From: Azolla caroliniana
Taxonomy: Eukaryota > Plantae > Polypodiophyta
Direction of reading: 5' to 3'
Assembly: GCA_043228905.1 (NCBI GenBank)
Contig: JBHGNT010000012.1
Span: 9,982,001-10,046,000, forward strand
DNA: 64,000 nucleotides
Position numbers and translations under genes: made by a program. Shown one piece after another: positions 24,001-36,262 of the stretch. Below the pieces are notes generated by a model. The model was given only the letters and a program-made list of their open reading frames with translations. It ran no database searches and had not been told where the DNA came from. Each line of letters starts with the position of its first letter. Position 1 is the stretch's first letter.

Positions 24001-25856
24001 TCCACGCAAGAGTGGAAAGAGAAACCGGTCGGAAGTTGAAGGCGGTTCGAGTAGATAACGGAGGAGAATACCGGGGGCAGTTCGAGGAGTACTGCTGCTC
24101 AAAGGGAATGCGGCTCGAATTTACCGTGCTGAAGAGGCTGGAACTCAATGGGCTGGCCGAGAGGATGAACCGAACCTTAATGGAGAGGGTCCAGAGTATG
24201 CTAGTACATGCCAAGTTGCCCAAGACGTTTTGGGCTGAGGAGCTGATGCCAACGACGTACGTGATAAACAGATCACCCTCAGTACCTTTGGACAAAGAGA
24301 CGCCGCAGAAAGTGTGGACCGGTAAGGAAGGTTCTTACCGCCATTTGAAGGTGTTCGGGTGTCTCACTTACATGCATATGGCAAAGGACTGGAGAACAAA
24401 GTCCTGGCCTTGCATATTCCTCGGATACGGCGATGATGAGTTCGGCTATCGAGTGTGGGATCCGGTCGACAAGAAGGTTTTCCAGAGTCGAGATATTATC
24501 TTCATGGAGGACAAGACCCTTGCTGAGTGGGAGTCGGAGAAGAAGATAATGAACTCCTAGTCGACCGGTAAGGATCGGTTTGATGAGATTCGGACCTACC
24601 CGGCTAAGAGCCGGTTGACACTCGAAGAACCAGCCAGTTACGGTGAGGATACCAAACCGGCAGAAGAAGAACAAGAGGAAGCAGGAACCAGAACCGACCA
24701 AGATCCTGAATCGGATTCGGATGAAGAACAAACAGAAGAGCCAGTTGCCGAAATCCAAGGACGTAGATATCCCCTCAGAGAGAGAAGGTCCCCCCGGAGA
24801 TTTCCGGATGTAGAGCGCGTGTTGCTAACCAATGAGGGGGAGCCGAAAAGCTTCGAAGAAGTGAGGGATGACACATATAGCTACAAGTGGTTGAGTGCCA
24901 TGCAGGACGAGATGGATTCCCTGCATGAGAACCACACGTATAAATTGGTGTAGTTACCAAAAGGAAAACGGGCACTTCGAAACAAGTGGGTGTACAGGCT
25001 GAAACCGGGAGATGCCGGTAACTCCCCGAGATACAAAGCGAGGATCGTGGTAAACGGGTTCGAGCAGAAGAAGTGTGTGGACTTCGACGAGATATTTTCC
25101 TTGGTAGTAAAGAGGACTTCCATCCGGACGGTACTGAGCATAGTGGCAAGCATGGATCTCGAGGTAGAACAACTAGACGTGAAGACGACGTTCCTTCACG
25201 GTGACCTTGAAGAGGAGATCTACATGCAACAACCGGAGGGATTTGTGAAGAAAGGGAAGGAGCACCTGGTTTACCGGTTGAAGAAGAGCATGTACGGTTT
25301 GAAGCAGGCTTCCCGGCAATGGTACCAGAAGTTCGACTCCTTCATGAACAATCAAGGGTACCACAAGACATAGGCCGATCACTGCGTATTTGTGAAGAAG
25401 TTTGAAGGTGGAGACTTCCTGATACTCCTCCTGTACGTGGACGACATGTTGATCGTCGGACGAGACCTAGTCAAGATACAGATACTGAAGAAGGCTCTGA
25501 ACCGGACCTTCTCAATGAAAGACTTGGGTCTACCAAGACAGATACTGGGGATGCATATCATCAAGAACCGTTCAAAGAAGCAATTGTGGTTGTCATAGGA
25601 GAAGTACGTGACAAAGATGCTTCAGTGATTCAACATGTCAGATGCTAAACCGGCCGGATCGACACTTCCGACAAACTACAGGTTATCCGGTAAGCAAAGC
25701 CCGAAGACGAAGGCAGAGAAGGCGGATGTGATGAAGATACCATATGCCTCTGCCGTCGGGAGCTTAATGTATGCAATGGTGTGTACCCGACCGTATATCG
25801 GATACACAGTCTGAGTGGTGACCCGGTTCATGAGCAATCCCGGTAAGGAACACTAG

Positions 25857-28158
25857 TGTTGGCTGATGACATTTACCCCGGAGCCTCCGTCAATAATCGT
25901 TCCAGCAATTTCCTTTCCTTTCACGATTGCCGTGATCGCCGGGCTACTTGTATCGACCACCGCTGGTCCTTCATCCGGGTTGGAGAAGAATGCCGGTGCT
26001 GGCGTCGGCTTCGGTTTGCTCACGGATGCTTGTAAGTCTGCCGTAAACCGTGGCACCAACTGTAATAGTCATGCTAACGGCAGCACGATTTGACAGTCCT
26101 GTAGCGCTTGCCACGTCGGGTTTTCCCCTGGCTGTATGATTTCTTCGTCTTTTGGCATATTTTGGTCTCTTACTTCTGCCGCATTCTGTTCATTGGCTTG
26201 CTTGATCCATTGTGCCGCTTGTTTTCTGATTGCCTCCTGGGCTTCCCACTTGGCGGTCTTTCCCTTTGACCGGGTTGTGACCTGCTGTACTTCTGTTATT
26301 TCGGCTGTAACCATGTTGACTTCCGGTTGCTTGTCATTGGTTTTGCTTGGGCATTGGTTACTATAGTGGCCTTCCTTACGGCAGTAATAACAGTACACCT
26401 TGTGACTGTTGCTCGTTTCTCCTTTGTCCCCGGTTTGGAGGGTGGGTATGCTTCGGCGGTCGTCTTCGGTTTTTCGGTTATCCGGTACCGATACCGGGTT
26501 GTCATTCCTCGCTGCCTCCCGACGTTCCTCTCTTCGGAAAAATCCACGCTTCTGATTCCGTCGGAAATTTCAGTTCCCTTGTCGCCTCTCTTCTCTGCGT
26601 CGTTCGTACTCCGGGGATTCGTCTCGGTCGTACCGGTCCCGGGGGTAGCTATCTCTGCGTCTCTCCTCTCGGTCATAATTATCGCGTCTTCTATCAGCGT
26701 ATCTGTTACCGCGTTCGCGTTGGTAGTGGTCGTCTCTCCGGAATCGATCCTCGTCCGGGTTCTGATTGCGCGGTTCTATGTGTCGAACCGGTGCTGCCTG
26801 CCGATTTAACAGGTTATATTCGCATCGGTCCGTTGTATGGGCTCGAGAGTTGCAGATCATACATTGTGTCCGCAGGGTGCAGTCTACTGTTGAGTGCCCC
26901 GAATTTAGGCATGTTGTACATTGTAAGGCTTGTCGGAACCTTAGATCTTCCTCCTTCGGGAGTGCCCGGTGTAACATCCCCATCGACAAGAAGGGGCTAG
27001 TCTTGTCCATTTCTAAAACCCGATCAATAACTTGGTCCATTGTGCTGGTTTGGAAATCAAGGACTCCGCACATTGTTCGAAGTGGCTCTTTCAGCGCGGC
27101 CAAAAAGACTGCTTTGGCTTCGTCTTCGGGTGGTGCTCTTGTCAGTTGGTTGTGCAGGGTCTGAAACCGAATGATGAATTGTGGCACAGTCTCGTTCTCT
27201 TCCTGCCGGGTGGTGTAGAACTGCCCGACCAATTCCCTTTGCTCAAATTGTCTGTGAAAAAGCCTGAGGAATCTGGCCTTCAAGGCATCGAATGTGGCAA
27301 AGCTGCCCAGTAAGTGCTTTGCGTGCCATCGGGCCTCCGGTCCTTCTAACGTTATGCCGAATTCGGCGACTTTGGATCGTTCGGCTTCGGGCTCCGTCAG
27401 TCTTTGGGAGACATGGTTGGCTTCCCATGTTTGGAGGAATGCGTACACGTGTGCCTCCGCGTCGGCCTCATCCCGGTACTTTGGGTATGGGTACGTCATC
27501 ATCCCGCCTCTTGCAGGCTTGTTATGCTACTGCCTTCGTCGGGGATTTGCAGAACCCGGAACTGCAGTGCTTCTTCTGCGACTCTCCGAAGAGTTTTGGA
27601 GAATGACCGATCCCGCCGGATCTCGTCGACGGCTTGCTGCAGGGCTTCCTGTCGTTGCTCGCGTTCGGTGTATCGTCTCCCTCGTTCGGTGATGTGGTCG
27701 TCGTTTGGTCTAGACATCCATCCCTCGGTTGTCCTCTGCACTTTGCAGGAATCGTGGTCGCCAAAATAGTGTTGTCTGCCTGGCCGGACTAGCCTCAACA
27801 CAGGTGTCTATCCGACACTTCTCCAAAGGGGTGGTAAGGATTGAATGCTAGGTTACACACGTAAGATGATTACAATTAAGCACAGACGGTAAACAATACG
27901 AGATATAGATAAACACGCAATAATTACTATTGTATTACTTCCATCAAACCCTTTACAAATCATCGGATCCTTTTATAGGCATCCGGCAAGGTTACAATCG
28001 GTGCGCTTAGGCAACCGACATCCGAATCGGTCCGGATCCGGATCGGTAGAACTGTACCGGATCCGTCCCTCCGAATAATAATTCTACTATTATTTACTTC
28101 CTATTATCCGATCCGACTCCGCCTTCCCACTTGTCCTTGCTCTTCTGACCGGCCAACA
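25857..28158 (-). mobile_element. Truncated Gypsy G3 (one LTR, PBS, gag, half protease) nested in Copia C
   Basis: LTR 27770-28158; PBS complement GTGGTCGCCA ending at 27763; TSD ACTAG at 25852-25856 and 28159-28163; host Copia frame rejoins (GKEH*NVVEWILRY). Confidence 0.92.
26570..27502 (-). CDS. gag: Gypsy G3 Gag (retrotransposon gag core plus Cys/His knuckles)
   Basis: LEGPEARW..TFDALKARFL..RQEENETV..F; CTTCLNSGHSTVDC and CMICNSRAHTTDRC; downstream CYYCRKEGHYSNQC and protease IIDGGSGVNVIS. Confidence 0.85.
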   Translation of the reverse strand: MMTYPYPKYRDEADAEAHVYAFLQTWEANHVSQRLTEPEAERSKVAEFGITLEGPEARWHAKHLLGSFATFDALKARFLRLFHRQFEQRELVGQFYTTRQEENETVPQFIIRFQTLHNQLTRAPPEDEAKAVFLAALKEPLRTMCGVLDFQTSTMDQVIDRVLEMDKTSPFLSMGMLHRALPKEEDLRFRQALQCTTCLNSGHSTVDCTLRTQCMICNSRAHTTDRCEYNLLNRQAAPVRHIEPRNQNPDEDRFRRDDHYQRERGNRYADRRRDNYDREERRRDSYPRDRYDRDESPEYERRREERRQGN

Positions 28159-29035
28159 ACTAGAATGTGGTAGAATGGATACTACGATACTTGAAAGGCA
28201 CCTCAAGTATGTGTCTCCGATTCGGCTCCGGGAAACCCCAACTTGATGGTTTCACCGTTTCAGATATGTCGGCTGATGTGGATACCAGCTGGTCAACATC
28301 GGGATATGTTATGATATATGCAGGGGGAGTTGTTTCGTGGTAGTCGAGGTTGTAGAAGACGGTTGTGTTGCCAACCACGGAGGCAGAGTACATGCCAGTT
28401 GTGGAAGCTGGCAACGAAATACTATGGATGATGGACTTCATCGAAGAGCTAGGGATCCAGCAAGAGGAATACCGGCTCGGCTCTATTGCGACAGTCAAAG
28501 TGCCATCCACCTTGCGAAGAACGCAATGTATCATTCTAGGACGAAGCGCATCCAGCGGAGGTACCACTGGATCCGGGAGCGAGTGGATTATCGAGAGCTT
28601 GTGCTGACGAAGATCCACACGGAGGAGAATGGGTCAGATATGCTGACCAAGGTGCTAACGCCTGACAAGCTGGACGCATGTCGGAAGTGAATTGGACGAA
28701 CCAGACATCCCATGCTGGAGTGAAGGGGGAGTTTGTTAGGATTTCGGTCCCTCCGGATGGGATGATGAAGGCCCGGTTAGAACCGGATGATGAGTACCCG
28801 GCAAGGAAGACCCAGTTAGAACCGGATGGCGCAGGCCCGGTGAGAACCTCTCACCGGATAAAGGGACATAGATGTAAATATGTTTCTGTTAGCCCATTGT
28901 GGTTATATCTATGAATAGCTCGAAAGTCATTTTAGTATAAATATAACCTAGGGAAAACAGGGGTTAGTAGTTGCAGATCATTGTGTTGTCATTATTTTGT
29001 ATCGAGATATTGGTGTAACTACTGTACAGAGCGTA

Positions 29036-29078
<43 letters not shown>

Positions 29079-30732
29079 CCTGAACAGTGTCTGCTGTAAC
29101 CGCCGCCAGGCGAAAATTTTCAGCAAGAGCTCGTGGCCTCTGTGTTCATCTGTTGTATTCATCTCTACATAGTGATAGTTGGAGTTTGGGGACTCCCGTG
29201 GTTTTTCCCGTTTAGGGTTTTCCACGTTAACATCCTGTGCATTTTCTTCTGCTTGTGTACCTACATCCAGTTCTTATCTTTTTGTGTTTGATTATCATCG
29301 AAGTGATCTAAGTCTCGGTTGTGGCCAAACATTATTCCACATAGTTCTTGTCATGCTCAAGGGGCATATCCACTACTGCTAGGATGACCATGGCTGAAGA
29401 CTGCCCATATCAAACTGAATTGGTAGAAAAACCATAGTACGTTCCATAGAGGGAAAACGAAAGTAAGAGTACCCATGCAACTGCAAGCTGGCCCCAGCAA
29501 GGACGTGACCCCATTATATGCCGAAAGCGTAAACATGCTGGCAGGACTGGCCGACCAGGAGGTGGATCACTACCTTGAGCAGAACCCAAGGAAAGTCCCT
29601 ATGTTTGAAGTAGACGTGGCAAAAGCGGTATCTCTATACATGGTGCAAACGGAAGAGGCCGGGGAGGAACCGGATAAGGATGCACTCCGGGAACTACGGC
29701 AAGCACAGGAGGCCTTGGAACGGGAAATGCCGGTATCCCAACGAGTAAAGGCATCCCAACTAGAAGAAGTAAATTTGGGCACCGGAAAGGAAGCGCGTCC
29801 GGTACACGTGGCTAACGAGATGTCATTGGAAGATAAATCGGCAATGAGAACATTATTAAAAGAATTCCGGAATGTATTCTCCTGGTCCTACGAAGATATG
29901 CGGGGACTTGATCCCCAACTTTATCAACACCAGATTCACCTCAGCAAGGACGCTAAGCCGGTGGCACAACAACGCTATCGGATGAACCCAAACTACGTGG
30001 CAAGAGTAAAAGAGGAAATTGACAAGCTGCTCTGAGTCGGCTTTATCCGGCCAGTGAAGAAAGCCACTTGGCTAAGTCCAATTGTCGTAGTGCCGAAGAA
30101 GAACGGCAAGATCCGTGTCTGTGTGGATTACCAGAAATTAAACGCGGCAACGGTTACCGACGCATTTCCGCGTCCGTTTACGGATGGAGTTTTAGATGCG
30201 GTAGTCGGGCACGAGGTTTATACCTTTCTCGATGGTTTCAGCGGATATAACCAAATAAGGATGCACCTGGACGATCAAGAAAAGACGGCGTTCGTGATAG
30301 AATGGCGAGTCTTTGTAGAAATAGTAATGATGTTTAGATTCAAGACGACGCCGACAACCTTTCAGAGGATTATTGTGGAAGGATTTGGAGAATTCATACC
30401 GACGTTTATGCAAGTATTCCTAGATGACTTTGCGGTATACAGCCAGAAAGGGGAATACCTCCACGATCTTAGGTTATGCTTGGAAAAGTGCAGAGGATAC
30501 CGGTTAAGCTTAAACCCGACAAAGTGTGTCTGCGGTGTGATCAGTGACACATTGCTTGGTCATATTGTTAGCAAGGAAGGGATTGTGGTGGACCCGGATA
30601 AGGTCAAGGCTATTTTGTAGGCGCTGGCACCAACGACCGCCAAGGCTTTAAGCCGGTTCTTAGGACAGATCCAGTGGCATAGCCGGATGCTCCGGTACTT
30701 GGCAGACCTCACCACGCCACTACATGGAGTTG

Positions 30733-33700
30733 TGTTGGGATTTCGGTCCCTCCGGATGGGATGTCTGGAGATGAATGACGGCAAGCCCGGAGGCTGTTAC
30801 GGAACCGTATGATGAAGAGTACCCGGCATGAAGCCGGATGAAGAGTACCCGGCTGCGGATCCGGATGATGAAGACCCCGGTTACGGAGCCGGATGATGAA
30901 GACCCCGGTTACGGAGCCGGATGCTGAAGACCCCAGTTACGGAGCCGGATGACGTATGTACCCGGAGAGAGATCCGGATGCGGGGACATATTTGTGAATA
31001 TGTTTGCCAAGGGCCCTTGAGGCTATATTTGTAAATAGCCCGAAAGTCATATGTGTATAAATATGACTTAGGGCAAACAGTTTTGTTGTTGTTGAAGTTG
31101 TTGCTCATTTTTCTGTTTTCCACTGAGAGGAAGCGAAGTGAGAGCAGCCGAGAGAGAGTGAGAGAGAAAGAGGAAGGAAGAGGTCGACGCCTCTGTGTAA
31201 TACCGCCGCCTGTGGCGAGGACAGCGAGCTCAAGGTCGTCGCCTTGCAGCTCGCCATTGTACATTCCCCGCGTATAGTGATAGTTGGAGTCTTGCACTCC
31301 CGTGGTTTTTCCCATTTAGGGTTTTCCACGTAAAACATCCAGTGTACCCTTCTCTCTATTGTTTTCGTGCATTCTTGTATTTCCCGTTTTCTGTGAATCG
31401 ATCCTGTTCCTCGGTTGTGGCCGAGCACGGAATTACAACAAATTGGTATCAGAGCGACGGTAACACAGAAAATGGAAGGCGGCAACAGCGGGCAGCCGGG
31501 GATGATGGTGCTGAATGCGCAGAATTACGCCGACTGGAAGATAAAGATGGAGGATCTTCTGATTGTTCGGGATCTGTACGAACCGATTGACAGGTCGGAA
31601 ATACCGAAGGGGGTACTTGAGTCGGAATGGAGGCTTCTGAACCGGAAAGCCGTTGCAACCATTCGGCAATACGTCGACGTGAGTGTTCTACAACACGTGG
31701 CGAACGACACCAACGCATATGAGATGTGGCGGAAGCTGTCGGGCCTCTACGAGAGGAAGAATGCGTTGAACCGGACCTCCCTGATGAGAAAGATAGTGAA
31801 CCTCAAGTACCGGGACGGCGAGAGTATGGTGGAACACGTAAGCACGTTCATGGGATTCGTGAACCAGCTTGCGGCGATCAAGTTCCCGTTGGAGGATGCA
31901 ATGCAAGCCATCATTCTGATGTGTACATTGCCGGACAGCTGGGAGAACTTGGTGGTGACTCTCAGCACCTCCTGCACCGAAGATAACTTGTCCCTACAAA
32001 CGGTAAAGACGAGTATTTTGAACGAAGAAGCGCGTCGGAGAGATAAAGAACCGGCCTCCGACTCGAAGGCGTTGCTTACCGAATTGGAACGGGGAAGACA
32101 ATGGAACCGGAGTCCGCAAAGACGGGAGAAGTCGGGGACCCGGTCGCAGTCAAGAGGAAGGCCCACATGCTTCCACTGTGGGAAGCCGGGGCACTTCCGG
32201 AAGAATTGTCGGCATTACCGAAAGGACAACGGAGCCGACGACACCGATTCGAAGAAGTCACCGGAGAGAAACGGTGCATACCGGGGAGCCACGGACCGGA
32301 GATGTCCGGATCGGCGAGGGCAGGACCGGAAAGGAACGACGGCACTCGCGGCAAGTGAAGAAGAGATAATGCTCATTACCGAAGAGACGGAGCTGAACCT
32401 TGCCGGTGAAGAGATGACCTGGGTGGTCGATTCTGGAGCGTCGTTCCACCTGACCCCGGAGAAGAAATACTTCTCATCCTACACAGCCGGTGAGCACGGC
32501 TGTGTCTGGATGGGAAATGAAGGTACATGCCGGATTGCCGGCATAGGAGACGTGTGGCTGATGACATCAACCGGATGCAAGATGCTGCTGAAGAATGTCC
32601 GACACGTTCCGGAGGTTCGATTGAACCTGATTTCGGCCGGGAGGCTAGACGATGAAGGCTACACGGGTAGCATCCGGAACGGTGTCATGAAGTTCAGCAA
32701 AGGGAGCCTGATAGTGGCTCGGGCCCGGAAGATCAACACACTATACCTCATGAATTCCCGGCTATGTCCGGAGGAGCTGAACGTGGCAGCCGATACTGCC
32801 GGTGAGCTGTGGCACAAGAGACTGTGTCACATGAGTGAGAAGGGGATGAAGAGGCTTGCAGAAGACAACCTTATTCCAGTGAAGCATGTGCACCTGGAGA
32901 AGTGCACCGATTGCCTGGCCGGTAAACAGAACCGAACCTCCTTCCACTCAAGGCCACCGACGAGACGAAGCGCACCATTGGAGTTGGTGCACACTGACGT
33001 GTGTCAAGTAGAAACGAAGTCACATGGCGGAGCCCAGTACTTCGTGACATTCATTGATGACCACAGCCGGAAGCTGTGGACGGCACCGTTGAAGACAAAG
33101 GACCAAGTGTTGTGCGTCTTCAAAGAACTCCACGCGAGAGTGGAAAGGGAATCCGGCAAGAAGCTGAAAGCGATACGAGCGGATAACGGAGGGGAATACC
33201 GGGGGCAGTTCGCTGAGTACTGTCGCTCGAAGGGAATCCGGCTCGAGTTTACTGTGCCGAAGACGCCGGAACTGAACGGGCTGGCCGAGAGGATGAACCG
33301 GACCATAATGGAGAGGGTCCGGAGTATGCTGGCGCATGCGAAATTACCCAAGGGATTTTGGGCTGAGGCAATATTGACGGCGACGTATGTGATAAATAGA
33401 TCACCCTCAGTACCTTTGGACGGAGACACGCCGCAGAAAGTGTGGACCGGTAAGGAAGTGTCCTACCGGCACCTGAAGGTGTTCGGGTGTCTCGCATACG
33501 TGCATGTGGCAAAGGACCGGAGGGGAAAGTTAGATCCAAAGACCCGGCCATGCATATTCCTCGGTTACGGCGACGACGAGTCCGGCTACCGAGTATGGGA
33601 CCCGGTCGACAAGAAGATATTCAGGAGTCGAGATATAATCTTCATGGAGGACAAGACACTCGCCGACTGGGATTCGGAGAAGAAGATGAAGAGCTCCAAG

Positions 33701-36262
33701 TCGACCGGTGAGGATAAACTCTACGAGGAGCAGTCCCGACCGGTAAGGGACCGGTTAGCACTCGAGGATCCGGCCGAAGACGGTGAAGAAACAGAACCGG
33801 CCGAAGAAGATGAAAATGATACCGGAACCGGCCCCGATCCCGAAACGGATTCGGACGAAGAAGAATCGGAAGAACCGGTTACCGAAGCTCCGGAACGGAG
33901 ATATCCTCTAAGAGAGAGAAGGGCCCCCCGGAGATTTCCGGAACCAGAGCACGTGCTGCTAACCGACGAGGGGGAGCCGGAGAGCTTTGAAGAAGCAAAG
34001 CATGACACCCAGAGCCGCAGGTGGTTGAGTGCCATGTAGGACGAGATGGATTCCCTGCATGAGAACCACACATATGAACTTGTGGAGTTGCCGAAAGGAA
34101 AGCGGGTACTTCGAAACAAGTGGGTGTTCAAGCTGAAACCGGGAGATGCTGGAAACCCCCCGAGATACAAAGCCAGGATCGTGGTGAAGGGGTTTCAGCA
34201 GAAGAAGGGTGTCGACTTCGACGAGATATTTGCCCCGGTAGTGAAGATGACCTCCATCCGGACGGTGCTGAGCATAGCGGCAAGCGTGGACCTCGAGGTA
34301 GAACAGATGGACGTGAAGACGGCATTCCTTCACGGTGACCTCGAAGAAGAGATCTACATGCAGCAACCGGAGGGATTCGAGAAGAAAGGGAAGGAGCACC
34401 TGGTATGCCGGTTGAAGAAGAGCCTTTACGGACTGAAGCAGGCTCCCCGGAAATGGTACCGGAAGTTCGACTCCTTCATGACCGACGAAGGGTACGACAA
34501 AACGCAGTCCGATCACTGCGTGTTTGTGAAGAAGTTCGAAGGAGGAGACTTTCTAATACTCCTCCTATACGTGGACGACATGTTGATCGTCGGACGGGAC
34601 CATGTCAAGATACGGATGCTGAAGAAAGCGCTTCACCGAACCTTCTCAATGAAGGACCTTGGTCCGGCGAGGCAAATACTAGGGATGCACATCATCCGGG
34701 ACCGGAAGAAGAAGCAGTTGTGGCTGTCACAGGAGAAGTACGTGACAAAGGTGCTTCACCGGTTCAACATGTCAGAAGCAAGACCGGTCGGGTCAACCCT
34801 CCCGGCAAACTGCAAGTTGTCCAGCAAGCAAAGCCCCAAGACAAAGGCTGAGAAGGAGGACATGACGAAAGTACCATATGCCTCTGCCGTCGGAAGCTTG
34901 ATGTACGCAATGGTGTGTACAAGACCGGACATAGGATATGCAGTTGGAGTGGTGAGCCGGTACATGAGCAATCCCGGCAAAGAGCACTGGAACGCGGTCA
35001 AGTGGATACTCCGATACCTGAAGGGCACGGCAAACGTGTGCCTCCGATTCGGCTCCGGTAAGCCCGAACTCGACGGCTTTACCGATTCGGATATGTCGGC
35101 TGATGCAGACACCACCGGTCCACATCAGGGTATGTGATGACGTATGCAGGTGGAGCTGTTTCGTGGCAGTCGAGGCTGCAGAAGACGGTTGCGCTGTCAA
35201 CCACGGAGGCGGAGTACATGGCGGCTGTTGAAGCCGGCAAGGAAATAATATGGATGAAGGACTTCATTAGAGAGCTCGGTATCCGGCAGGAGGAGTACCG
35301 ACTCTACTGCGACAGTCAGAGTGCCATCCACCTTGCGAAGAACGCGGCCTACCATTCCCGGACGAAACACATCCAGCGTAGATACCACTGGATCCGGGAA
35401 AGGATAGAAGACAAGGAGTTCGTGCTGACGAAGATCCACACGGACGAGAACGGGTCGGATATGCTGACCAAGGTGCTCACACCCGACAAGCTGGAAGCAT
35501 GCCGGAAGAGGATCGGGTTGGAGAGACATCCCATGCCGAAGTGAAGGGGGAGTCTGTTGGGATTTCGGTCCCTCCGGATGGGATGTCCGGAGATGAATGA
35601 CGGCAAGCCCGGAGGCTGTTACGGAACCGTATGATGAAGAGTACCCGGCATGAAGCCGGATGAAGAGTACCCGGCTGCGGATCCGGATGATGAAGACCCC
35701 GGTTACGGAGCCGGATGATGAAGACCCCGGTTACGGAGCCGGATGCTGAAGACCCCGGTTACGGAGCCGGATGACGTATGTACCCGGAGAGAGATCCGGA
35801 TGCGGGGACATATTTGTGAATATGTTTGCCAAGGGCCCTTGAGGCTATATTTGTAAATAGCCCGAAAGTCATATGTGTATAAATATGACTTAGGGCAAAC
35901 AGTTTTGTTGTTGTTGAAGTTGTTGCTCATTTTTCTGTTTTCCACTGAGAGGAAGCGAAGTGAGAGCAGCCGAGAGAGAGTGAGAGAGAAAGAGGAAGGA
36001 AGAGGTCGACGCCTCTGTGTAATACCGCCGCCTGTGGCGAGGACAGCGAGCTCAAGGTCGTCGCCTTGCAGCTCGCCATTGTACATTCCCCGCGTATAGT
36101 GATAGTTGGAGTCTTGCACTCCCGTGGTTTTTCCCATTTAGGGTTTTCCACGTAAAACATCCAGTGTACCCTTCTCTCTATTGTTTTCGTGCATTCTTGT
36201 ATTTCCCGTTTTCTGTGAATCGATCCTGTTCCTCGGTTGTGGCCGAGCACGGAATTACAACA
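30733..36262 (+). mobile_element. Full-length Ty1/Copia element A2 (young sister of A1)
   Basis: 708-bp LTRs 30733-31440 and 35555-36262, about two substitutions apart by eye; TSD AGTTG; PBS at 31444-31455; PPT at 35543-35552. Confidence 0.98.
31472..35544 (+). pseudogene. Copia A2 gag-pol: open to 34039, then CAG>TAG stop and a 1-bp deletion near 35114
   Basis: Direct comparison with A1 (gccatgcagg vs gccatgtagg; accagccggt vs accaccggt). Confidence 0.93.

Larger units (their letters stand above)
21748..29353 (+). mobile_element. Ty1/Copia element C (decayed), inserted in the G1 protease region
   Basis: LTRs 21748-22347 and 28734-29353; TSD TGCTT/TGCTC; PBS at 22350-22361; PPT at 28722-28731; gag-pol pseudogene at 22377-28723. 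Confidence 0.93.

Noticed and set aside
29039-29078. AG, CT and AT microsatellites (also ~22052, 40754, 43952)
   Set aside because: They are ordinary length-variable tracts inside Copia LTRs.
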